Below, piece after piece: positions 56,479 to 64,000 of a stretch of DNA of 64,000 nucleotides. Below the pieces are notes generated by a model. It was not told the DNA's origin. It saw only the letters and a program-made list of their open reading frames with translations, and ran no database searches. The first letter of the stretch is position 1. Each line of letters begins with the position of its first letter. The position numbers and the translations under genes were made by a program. The DNA lies in contig CAIMVM010000330.1 in NCBI GenBank assembly GCA_903844895.1, positions 9,255-73,254 of the forward strand, read 5' to 3'. The stretch is from an uncultured Pseudomonadota bacterium. GTDB taxonomy: Bacteria > Bdellovibrionota_B > Oligoflexia > Oligoflexales > CAIMVM01.

Positions 56479-56994
56479 GTTTAAAAGGTCTTCCTTATGG
56501 TAGAGAAATCAACATGCGGTTTGTCGGCTGTGTCGAATTGTAGCTTCTATTAGGTTCATCTGTGCTCTCTTTAAAATATTTGTCGCACAGGGGGACCAAT
56601 ATATAACCTGCAATATGACCAGCTCTCCACGAAGTTCTGAGTTTTTTCTCGTGGCATGCAACTGAAGTGGAGTGAAAGTTTTTCTCTAATACTATTTTTC
56701 TCTTTTTTATTTGGCAATAATTTCGACGAACTATTTTGTTTGCCTTATGAAGTGATAAATCATTATTCTGCGAGTTTATAGAAATCTTTAGAAGTCTCTA
56801 TTCTTTTTACGTGCGCTAAATATGAAGATCATATTCAATCTCTATCTTGATTGCTAACAAGAAGAATTTTTTGATTGCTTGTAATTTCTTTGATGTCTGA
56901 AGTAAGTCCTTCTCAAGTTGGGGATTTGAGAAGGCGGAGTCAAGTCCTGATGATATTAGGTCGGAGTGGCCCTTCCCAAGTGGGGGTGCTGCGA

Positions 56995-58176
56995 CTACAA
57001 TGCCACTGGTTCAGACAAATGTAGTTGATTTTTCAACTCGTCAAAAAGGCTTGAATCATTTGCTTCTTTATTGGCAGCAAGGATTACTTTTCTAATTTCA
57101 GACTCTCGAGTTTCAATGGCCTCGGTGAGCTTAAATTGTATGATGGCTCGTTCGAGATTGTGGTTAATGTGTTTTACTTTAAAGTAGGTGTTGTTTTCTA
57201 AGTAATCAGTAAAGAAGCGCATTCCCAGTTCAAAGGAAATCAGTCGTGCCGAGTCATAGAGGTATTCATAATCCTCTTCTGTAAAGAAAGAAGAGGCAAT
57301 CGAAAGATACCCTTTTAAGATTTGCTTGGACATAGTGACATCGAAATCAATAGAACTAAGATCTGTGCACTCCTCGCCCGCGGTATTGCAGGATGATCTC
57401 AGGCAATCCCCAATGTCATATTGAACGAGGCCGGGCTTAACAGTATCAAGATCAATTAAAGCTACTGCTTGCGCGGTGTCATTGTCTAACATAATATTGG
57501 CGGTTTTAGGGTCTCCATGAATGGGTCTGACTTTTAATGTCTTTTTTGCTGCGGCATCCTCCAAAACGGAACACCAAGAGGCTCTTTGGTCAATAAACTT
57601 GAAGCAGTAGTTTTCATCAAGTGTCGTGGTTGGCGACGATCTATTGAGTGCAGCATCCTGGAATTTTTGTAGGTATTTTGGGGTAATATGAAAGCCAGGC
57701 AAAGTATCATGCAGTTCTGTCGGTTTTAGGTTAGAGATCAATGACTGAAAGAGTCCAAGACCAAACCCAACTTCGAAACCATGGAGTGGATTTTTAATCT
57801 TTTGGTGTGCTGTAGCATTTTCTACATAGGTGATAGCCCGCCAAAAGCCAAGATCTTCATCGATCCAAAAGGCGTTCGGGTCTGAAGAGTCAGTTGGTTG
57901 AGTATACAGGACGCTGGGGACGACCCAACGTCTGGATTGGGGAAGAGGGGTTTTTTCTAATACTCTCTGGGTGTGATCTGCGATGCTGCACATATTTGCT
58001 ATGACTAGCTTTGGGTTTTTAAAGACTTTAGTATTGAGCCTTTGTAAAATAAATCGACCTTTATCCTTTGTCGAAACGACAAAGGTGTCATTTACATTTC
58101 CACCTGGATGCTCTTCAATGTTGATAACATTGTGCCATCCTGCAAACTTTTTAGCAGCTTCAATAGCGCGATTCAA
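56995..58176 (-). CDS. APH/choline-kinase-fold phosphotransferase (putative sugar or small-molecule kinase)
   Basis: Has catalytic loop IHGDPKTANIM and metal-binding LIDLDT. The size (393 aa) and N-terminal GGNVNDTF nucleotide loop are reminiscent of methylthioribose-kinase/hexosamine-kinase relatives. Confidence 0.75.
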   Translation of the reverse strand: MNRAIEAAKKFAGWHNVINIEEHPGGNVNDTFVVSTKDKGRFILQRLNTKVFKNPKLVIANMCSIADHTQRVLEKTPLPQSRRWVVPSVLYTQPTDSSDPNAFWIDEDLGFWRAITYVENATAHQKIKNPLHGFEVGFGLGLFQSLISNLKPTELHDTLPGFHITPKYLQKFQDAALNRSSPTTTLDENYCFKFIDQRASWCSVLEDAAAKKTLKVRPIHGDPKTANIMLDNDTAQAVALIDLDTVKPGLVQYDIGDCLRSSCNTAGEECTDLSSIDFDVTMSKQILKGYLSIASSFFTEEDYEYLYDSARLISFELGMRFFTDYLENNTYFKVKHINHNLERAIIQFKLTEAIETRESEIRKVILAANKEANDSSLFDELKNQLHLSEPVAL

Positions 58177-58188
58177 ATGAGACTCCTG

Positions 58189-58932
58189 TTACAATTTGAG
58201 GCGGTCAAATAGAAAACTAGGGATATGCCTAATGATAAACATCACAGTCCGCCAATAAAATGGCGTATAGATGACTTTTCGATGGCGACTCATGCCCTTG
58301 GCAATTTCTTGTCCCACAACTTCTGGCTTTGCCAACAAGGGACTCTGGATATTAAGGGATTGGGTCATAGGAGTCGCCACCATGCCAGGCTTGATGAGTG
58401 TTAGGGATACCCCCTGATGGTAGAGATAGTTTCGCAGTCCTTCACAAAACACAGAAAGTCCGCCTTTAGCGCTTCCATATACAAAATTACTCATGCGCCC
58501 GCGGTCGCCGGCTACGGAGGAGATGACGCCAATATTTCCCTCTTTTTGCGTTACAAATACTCGCGAAAAAAGAATTAGAAGAGAGACTTGAGAGAGATAG
58601 TTAGCATGTATCTCTGACATAGCCATTTCGACGTTTCCTGCTACTTGGCTTTGGTCAAGTAGAGTGCCGTGGGCTACTAAGAGATGGTCAACTTTATCGA
58701 AGCATTTGGAGGCTTCCTCAATAATTCTGGGGTGTGCACTTTGATCGAGGAGGTCTTGTTTGTGAAGTACGACGCGAGTGGCTCCAAATGAAATCAAATC
58801 TTCTTTAACTCGAGACAGCTTCAAGTCGTCTCTAGCGACTAAAAAAAAGTTGGCATTTTCTTTAGCCCAATAGCGGCAAGCGTGTAGGGCTATGGCTGAC
58901 GTGGCTCCGATGACGATTATATTTTTAGCCAT
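58189..58932 (-). CDS. SDR, DprE2-like (decaprenylphospho-2-keto-ribose reductase family)
   Basis: Has a VIGATSAIA Rossmann motif and a YGSAK catalytic YxxxK. It overlaps the DprE1-like gene by 8 nt. Confidence 0.75.
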   Translation of the reverse strand: MAKNIIVIGATSAIALHACRYWAKENANFFLVARDDLKLSRVKEDLISFGATRVVLHKQDLLDQSAHPRIIEEASKCFDKVDHLLVAHGTLLDQSQVAGNVEMAMSEIHANYLSQVSLLILFSRVFVTQKEGNIGVISSVAGDRGRMSNFVYGSAKGGLSVFCEGLRNYLYHQGVSLTLIKPGMVATPMTQSLNIQSPLLAKPEVVGQEIAKGMSRHRKVIYTPFYWRTVMFIIRHIPSFLFDRLKL

Positions 58933-60235
58933 TCTTTACGACTCTCCTGATAAAACTAGATGAAATATTAGGATCCATCCATTGTTTGAAATCTTCAAAT
59001 TCTGGGTAATAGTTTTTAAACTGACGAGGGTCCATTTTGCTATCTTTAGCGGGATAAAGTTTTCCACCAGCGTCGTCGACAATTCGGTCTAATATCTGAA
59101 ATAACTTATCAGTCTTTGGACCCATATTTGCAAAATCAAGCGCCAAAGTATAGCCAGGTTCAGGAAAGGACAGGATTCCAGGGGAGGGAACATCCCCAAA
59201 CTTCTTTAGAACTGCTAGAAATGAACTCATTCCGGAGCGAGCGATGCGGCTGAAGATCTCTCTAAGGGCATTTTTCTCGCTGGAGGGTATGACAAATTGA
59301 TATTGGAAAAAACCACGTTTTCCGTAGATTTTATTCCAATCGTGAACCTTGTCCAACGGGTAGAAAAAGGGGTCATAATGCACTGTGCTCACCATCGATT
59401 TGGAAATCTGTTTGTGATAGAAAAGTTGATTGAATACTTGAATCGTTGGCTTGGAAAGCGCAGCCTCAGGGAAGTTAAATGGGACCATGAGTTTAGGCTT
59501 CACAGACTTATGAGGAAGCGATGGATCCTTAGAATGGTTGCCTCTCATAAAGATGCCACGGCCTAAATTTTTTCCTGTAGAAACGCAGTCTACCCAAGCG
59601 ACGGTATACTCATGAGATAAGTCGGATTCATCAGAGATTTGAAAAAATTCATCAAGACCACCGAACTTTATATTTTCTGTATCAAACCAAGGCATTTCCT
59701 TAATGAGCTTTAGTTCAATCTCCAGCATGACTCCTGTTAGACCCAAGCCAGCAACGGTTGCCTTAAATAAAGGCATTTCTGGTGTTAAATCATGAATGGT
59801 GCCATCGGTTCTTAAAAGCTTAATTGCGGTAATGTGATTTCCAATAGTTCCTCTGACATGATGATTCTTGCCATGCACATCATTGGCTACGGCGCCCCCC
59901 AAAGTTACATACTTTGTGCCAGGGGAAACTGGCAGAAACCAGCCGTGCGGAATGGCAAGATCCAAGATATCTCCCAGAGTCACGCCCGCTTCACATCTCA
60001 TGTGGCCGGTTTCACGGTTAAAGGACACGAATCGGTTCAAACTTTTCATGTCCATCAAGGTTTGATCTTGGTTTAAGCAAGAATCGCCGTAGCTTCGCCC
60101 TAGTCCATAGGGCAAAAGGATTTGATTTCTATTATTTTTTAACGATTCTACCACATCTTGTATCCAAGCTGGTTGGATGACGGAATGTGAGTAATGAAAG
60201 AAACGGCCCCATGATTGATAAGTATTAGTTTTCAT
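58925..60235 (-). CDS. FAD-dependent oxidase, DprE1-like (decaprenylphosphoryl-beta-D-ribose 2'-oxidase family)
   Basis: GLGRSYGD, PGTKYVTLGGAVANDVHGKNHH..GTIGNH and ATVAGLGLTG closely parallel the M. tuberculosis DprE1 blocks as I recall them. Confidence 0.85.
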   Translation of the reverse strand: MKTNTYQSWGRFFHYSHSVIQPAWIQDVVESLKNNRNQILLPYGLGRSYGDSCLNQDQTLMDMKSLNRFVSFNRETGHMRCEAGVTLGDILDLAIPHGWFLPVSPGTKYVTLGGAVANDVHGKNHHVRGTIGNHITAIKLLRTDGTIHDLTPEMPLFKATVAGLGLTGVMLEIELKLIKEMPWFDTENIKFGGLDEFFQISDESDLSHEYTVAWVDCVSTGKNLGRGIFMRGNHSKDPSLPHKSVKPKLMVPFNFPEAALSKPTIQVFNQLFYHKQISKSMVSTVHYDPFFYPLDKVHDWNKIYGKRGFFQYQFVIPSSEKNALREIFSRIARSGMSSFLAVLKKFGDVPSPGILSFPEPGYTLALDFANMGPKTDKLFQILDRIVDDAGGKLYPAKDSKMDPRQFKNYYPEFEDFKQWMDPNISSSFIRRVVKNG

Positions 60236-60242
60236 CCATGCC

Positions 60243-61673
60243 TTAAAGTAGTTTAGAAGCTAATAGAGAAAGGGCAATAACGAATAAGAGAAAATAGCTC
60301 GATTTGTCTTTGACGGCAAAAAGGATAGGATCTGAATTCATTTGCCCTCGGTCTGTGAGTAGCCAAACTCTTGATATCCAGTAAAGCAAAACAATAGCTA
60401 TGGCTAAAAGATATCGTGGTGATTGGTAAAGTTGGACAATCACAGGTTGATTTACATACATGGCAAAAATAACTACCGAAGCCATTCCTGATCCCACTCC
60501 CAAGGCGTTAACCATGGCGAGATCGTCCGTAAAGTAACCTCTACCACCCGCTTTCTTCTTATTTAAGGAAAGCATAAGTTTGAGTTCCGTCGAGCGTTTT
60601 GCAAATGCCAAACTCAAAAAGAAGAACATGGAAAAAGCCATGAGCCAGAAAGTGAGGCGTGTTTCTGTTACAACACCCCCAGAAAGAATCCTCCAACTAT
60701 ATAGCCCTGCTAAAGTAAAGGCATCTAGTATGGGAATTTTTTTCAACTTAAACGAATAGATGGTCGTTAGAATATAGTAACCGAGGAGCGCTAACAACAA
60801 ACGCTCATTAGCCCAAGCAGCGATGCCCATTCCTAATACAAATAGAAGGCCCGCCATGACAAGCCCTTGAGGAAGAGAAACACTCCCTCTGGCAAGCGGT
60901 CGGTTTCTTTTTTCGGGATGCTGACGATCAGAATCTAGATCCACGATATCATTTAGAAGATAAACACTGGAGGCGATTACCGAAAATGCAATAAATCCTA
61001 AAAAGGCGTTCCGCCACAATGCGGCTTCGTCCAGTCGATGGGCGAGTATCAGGGGAAGAAAGATCAAAAGATTTTTTGCCCATTGATGGATGCGAAGAGC
61101 TTTGTTCCAAGCGGTCCATCGCGATTGCTCAGGCTCAATCCATTTTACAACCGGCACAATTTTCTCGGCTTGTTTTCGCAGGGAGTTAGGTCCAACAACA
61201 ATGGCACCTGCGGATTCGCGCCAGACGTCAAGATCAACACTAGCATTTCCTGCGTAGAAGAACGGCCGGCAGTCGGCAGGAATAGCTTGTGATTTTGCCT
61301 TTCCAGCTAAATTCAAGGATTCTTCATTTGTGCTTAATACCCGTTCAAAGAAGCCGAGATGTTCTGAAATGCTCAAAGCAATAGACTTATGAGCTGCAGT
61401 AGCTAAGATCAGTTTTCGCCCTTTAGCCCGTTCGCGACGCAAATAATGTAACAATTCATTGTTATAAGGTAGCTGAGCAGGGTCTAGAGAGATATGCTTC
61501 GCAACTTCTATTTTAAAGCCAGCCTTTCCTTTAAACAGCCAAAAAGGAATTTGAAAGATGAGAGAAGGCTGGCTTTTTATGAGTTTAAAAAGACTTTCAA
61601 TGAGAGTGTCTGTGCTAACTAGAGTACCGTCAAGATCGACTACTATATAGGAAACATTTTCATTCAGAGTCAC
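60243..61673 (-). CDS. HAD phosphatase domain fused to UbiA-family polyprenyl-phosphate phosphoribosyltransferase (Rv3806c-like)
   Basis: The N-terminus has the HAD motif I VVDLDGTLV. The C-terminal polytopic domain has NDIVDLDSDRQHPEKRNRPLARG, the NDxxDxxxD motif in the DPPR-synthase context. Confidence 0.85.
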   Translation of the reverse strand: MTLNENVSYIVVDLDGTLVSTDTLIESLFKLIKSQPSLIFQIPFWLFKGKAGFKIEVAKHISLDPAQLPYNNELLHYLRRERAKGRKLILATAAHKSIALSISEHLGFFERVLSTNEESLNLAGKAKSQAIPADCRPFFYAGNASVDLDVWRESAGAIVVGPNSLRKQAEKIVPVVKWIEPEQSRWTAWNKALRIHQWAKNLLIFLPLILAHRLDEAALWRNAFLGFIAFSVIASSVYLLNDIVDLDSDRQHPEKRNRPLARGSVSLPQGLVMAGLLFVLGMGIAAWANERLLLALLGYYILTTIYSFKLKKIPILDAFTLAGLYSWRILSGGVVTETRLTFWLMAFSMFFFLSLAFAKRSTELKLMLSLNKKKAGGRGYFTDDLAMVNALGVGSGMASVVIFAMYVNQPVIVQLYQSPRYLLAIAIVLLYWISRVWLLTDRGQMNSDPILFAVKDKSSYFLLFVIALSLLASKLL

Positions 61674-61752
61674 TACACTAAAATCCTTTGAGTGGTTGAT
61701 CCCCTGAATGGTAACCTAGAGTATAGCTTGCCTCAAGGATAAAAGACTCTGT

Positions 61753-62637
61753 TTAGTGACTCGAAGAAGGCATATTTACGGAAACGACATCAAGATAGGT
61801 TTGCCAGCCGTCGTCTCTTGTAATGAAGGGACTTACAAATTTGAGTGTAGGGACCCAACTTTTGCCCAATTTTAGTCCTATGGCAAACTCATGACGAAAT
61901 GCCCGAAGACCGTAACTCTCGTAGAGTTCGCTGGTGAATTGCCTGATTTGCCTAAAATCGAAAGTAACTCCCTTGTTTCTTCCAAAGGGAATCTTTAATG
62001 AAGTTTGCGCATAGCCTTCTTTCATAAAGGGGTTGCTGTGTGCACCGAGAATTAGCTGGTATTCTGAGCCCCATAGGTTCCCCAGGCGCCCTGTTTGAAA
62101 ACCAGACGACAAGGTATTACCTTCCACCGGTGAGTCATAATAAAGGTTGGAAGAAATGTTGTTCATGGCGCGGTGAAACGAGCTCTGAATGGATTTGGCA
62201 CCATGATTCCCAATATTGCCAAAACCAGCCTCGAGCTGGCCAAAGAAGATTCCAAAGTCTGTATCAAAAGATTTTCTATAGGCCGAGTCGATGGAAATCC
62301 AGTCAGAAAACACCCCGTCTCTACTCGCGGTATCTGTCTTCTCAAAATTAGTTCTAGTATCGGGGGTAATAAATCGCCAGTTTCCGGTAATTTCAAGGCT
62401 GTCCCTAGAATCTATTTCCCAAAGCCCTCCTAAATAGAACATATTCGTAAGATGTCGATCTGTGCCGCCAAAGAAGTCATTGTAAAAGGGATGAAAAAAG
62501 TAACCTTCATCTGTTTGATGAAGAGTTCCCGTTTCTCCTATGTGGCCATGCTTTGCGGCTCTTTCAAAGGTGTTTCCTCGTGAAAGAGAGCTCACTACAA
62601 GTTGGCTACTAAGGTAAAATAACATCAAGCGGCGCAT
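61753..62637 (-). CDS. LpxR-family (DUF2219) lipid A 3'-O-deacylase-like outer membrane protein
   Basis: Has a signal peptide and a beta-rich sequence. YNDFFGGTDRHLTNMF resembles the LpxR ENDxFxGxDRxYTNG motif. The family call is from memory only. Confidence 0.55.
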   Translation of the reverse strand: MRRLMLFYLSSQLVVSSLSRGNTFERAAKHGHIGETGTLHQTDEGYFFHPFYNDFFGGTDRHLTNMFYLGGLWEIDSRDSLEITGNWRFITPDTRTNFEKTDTASRDGVFSDWISIDSAYRKSFDTDFGIFFGQLEAGFGNIGNHGAKSIQSSFHRAMNNISSNLYYDSPVEGNTLSSGFQTGRLGNLWGSEYQLILGAHSNPFMKEGYAQTSLKIPFGRNKGVTFDFRQIRQFTSELYESYGLRAFRHEFAIGLKLGKSWVPTLKFVSPFITRDDGWQTYLDVVSVNMPSSSH

Positions 62638-62850
62638 TTTGAGTCTCCACGTCTAGCGCTCCTCATCGGGGGTTTTGTGACTTCCTTAAGGGAATTGTGG
62701 ATATTTATAAGATGAGGCTTTTTTTAGCGTGTAATCAGGCGGTTACAATATGCTCGTAAGGGAGCGTATAATTTAAGAGGCTGTCCTTTGGCTGAAGCTG
62801 TCCCTACCAAGCTGGGGGTTAGTTTCGGGAAATATGTTGGAAGGAGACAA

Positions 62851-63942
62851 ATGAAAGAGCCCCTAGTGGAAGAGATTTGGTTTGAACGAAAAAATTTAGG
62901 ATTAAAGATGGCTTTTGCTATTTCCAAGGGAACCATGGAAAGCTCCGACAATGTCTTTTTCTTTGTAAAAGATTCGGCCGGTAATTTTGGGATGGGGGAA
63001 GCGGCTCCCTTTCCCGTCCTAACCTTAGATACTGCAGAAATAGTCTGTCAAATTGCAAAAGAATTGGTTTCTAGTTTCATAGGAAAGTCTATTGATGAGT
63101 CGCTACGGGATATTTTAGGGCCTTTAAGGAAAAAATATTGGTTTCAGTCTCCTACCGTGCTAACCGGCCTCGAAATGGCTTTTTGGGATATCAGGGCAAA
63201 GCAGATGGGTATGTCTCTAAGCCGAGCATTTGGATTCGCAAATCTAGAGTCCCTGCGCACTGATATCACTTTGCCTATAATGAGTGTCGATAGAGTGTCT
63301 AAGTTTTGGGGAGTTTTTTCCAAACATGAGTTTTCGGAAATAAAGGTAAAGGTAGGCGGAAATGCAGTTTCTGTAGACGCAGACAGGGTCGAAGAAATTG
63401 CGCGATGTGCCCCCCCCGGAACAAAAATTAGCTTGGATGGCAATCAAGGCTGTACGGTGGACTCTTCGTTACAATTGCTGGATTCTCTCCTAAAGAGAGG
63501 AATCACTCCAACCCTATTTGAACAGCCTCTTCCGGAAAAAGAATTTGAGGGCATGGCGGAGCTCACCCAAAAAACAACTATTCCCATTTGTGCAGACGAA
63601 CTCGTCAAAACGAAAGAGGACGCCATAAAAGCCGTAGTTGGAAAATGCTGTAGGATGATTAACTTGAAGTTTATGAAATCAGGAATTCATGAAGCTGTTA
63701 TGATCGCTAATGTTGCTAAAAGTGCGGGATTAGATCTTATGATAGGAGGCATGGTCGAATCTGAAATTGCCATGACCGCTTCCCTTCATTTTGCTTGTGG
63801 TGGCGGTCTTATCAATTGGCTAGACTTAGACACACCCTTCTTTTTTCAAGATACCTTAACTGAAGAAAGTCCTTGGCATCCAGGCAAAGCAAAGTTAATT
63901 TGTCCCACTGGCGAGGGTATGGGACTAATTTGGAAAAAGTGA
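62851..63942 (+). CDS. dipeptide epimerase (L-Ala-D/L-Glu epimerase type, enolase superfamily MLE subgroup)
   Basis: The ATG at 62851 lies 3 nt after an AAGGAGA. It has the KVKVG KxK motif, metal ligands LDGNQG, FEQP and CADE, a second catalytic Lys in NLKFMKSG, and GGMVES. Confidence 0.85.
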   Translation: MKEPLVEEIWFERKNLGLKMAFAISKGTMESSDNVFFFVKDSAGNFGMGEAAPFPVLTLDTAEIVCQIAKELVSSFIGKSIDESLRDILGPLRKKYWFQSPTVLTGLEMAFWDIRAKQMGMSLSRAFGFANLESLRTDITLPIMSVDRVSKFWGVFSKHEFSEIKVKVGGNAVSVDADRVEEIARCAPPGTKISLDGNQGCTVDSSLQLLDSLLKRGITPTLFEQPLPEKEFEGMAELTQKTTIPICADELVKTKEDAIKAVVGKCCRMINLKFMKSGIHEAVMIANVAKSAGLDLMIGGMVESEIAMTASLHFACGGGLINWLDLDTPFFFQDTLTEESPWHPGKAKLICPTGEGMGLIWKK

Positions 63943-63949
63943 GAGATAC

Positions 63950-64000
63950 ATGAATCATTTACATGGGCCGACATGTGGTTGCAAAAATGAAAAAGGGGAA
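63950..64000 (+). CDS. 5' end of an unidentified CDS running off the window
   Basis: The ATG at 63950 follows a GAGAG, 7 nt after the epimerase stop. Only 17 codons are visible (MNHLHGPTCGCKNEKGE). Confidence 0.3.
   Translation, partial: MNHLHGPTCGCKNEKGE

Noticed and set aside
56908-56934. Perfect 9-bp hairpin CCTTCTCAA-gttggggat-TTGAGAAGG, 60 nt beyond the stop of the APH-fold kinase gene, considered as its terminator.
   Set aside because: There is no U-tract on the minus strand after the hairpin. It may still be a processing or Rho-related site, but the sequence does not support an intrinsic terminator call.

Overview
This window looks like chromosomal DNA from a moderately AT-rich Gram-negative bacterium. 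The many lipobox lipoproteins, secreted proteases and peptide-scavenging enzymes suggest a Bdellovibrio/Oligoflexia-like organism, but I cannot verify the taxon. All family calls rest on motifs I could read in the ORF translations; no BLAST or HMM search was possible.

Coding density is high, at roughly 60 genes. Housekeeping genes include mtnP, tex, ndk, methylmalonyl-CoA epimerase, dapA, trmH, AMP nucleosidase and one tRNA-Leu(CAA). Other recognisable units:
- a split acyl-CoA carboxylase operon (carboxyltransferase, biotin carboxylase, BCCP) that ends in pgpA
- a DPP-IV / Xaa-Pro dipeptidase / lysophospholipase operon
- a ZrgABCD-like putative zinc importer
- feoAB with a Fur-box-like promoter

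No transposase, integrase, CRISPR array or rRNA was seen.

The regions most worth a second look:
1. 49.9-55.8 kb: an MFS-like permease fused to a family-5 solute-binding domain and interrupted at an A8 tract, followed by a tandem double methyltransferase and a hybrid histidine kinase.
2. 57.0-62.6 kb: a decaprenyl-phospho-arabinose-type (DprE1/DprE2/UbiA) lipid-sugar donor cluster with a HAD-UbiA fusion, an APH-fold kinase and an LpxR-like lipid A deacylase.
3. 34.9-38.6 kb: a translationally overlapping pair of a PEP-utilising swivel-domain enzyme and a membrane-anchored PQQ-like beta-propeller.
4. 55.8-56.5 kb: a decayed brnTA-like toxin-antitoxin locus behind a 13-bp tandem operator-like array.
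5. Four unrelated intergenic short tandem repeat arrays, long homopolymer tracts (G12, C9A8), and several unusually long ORF-free gaps, one of which holds a GC-rich, possibly structured element.
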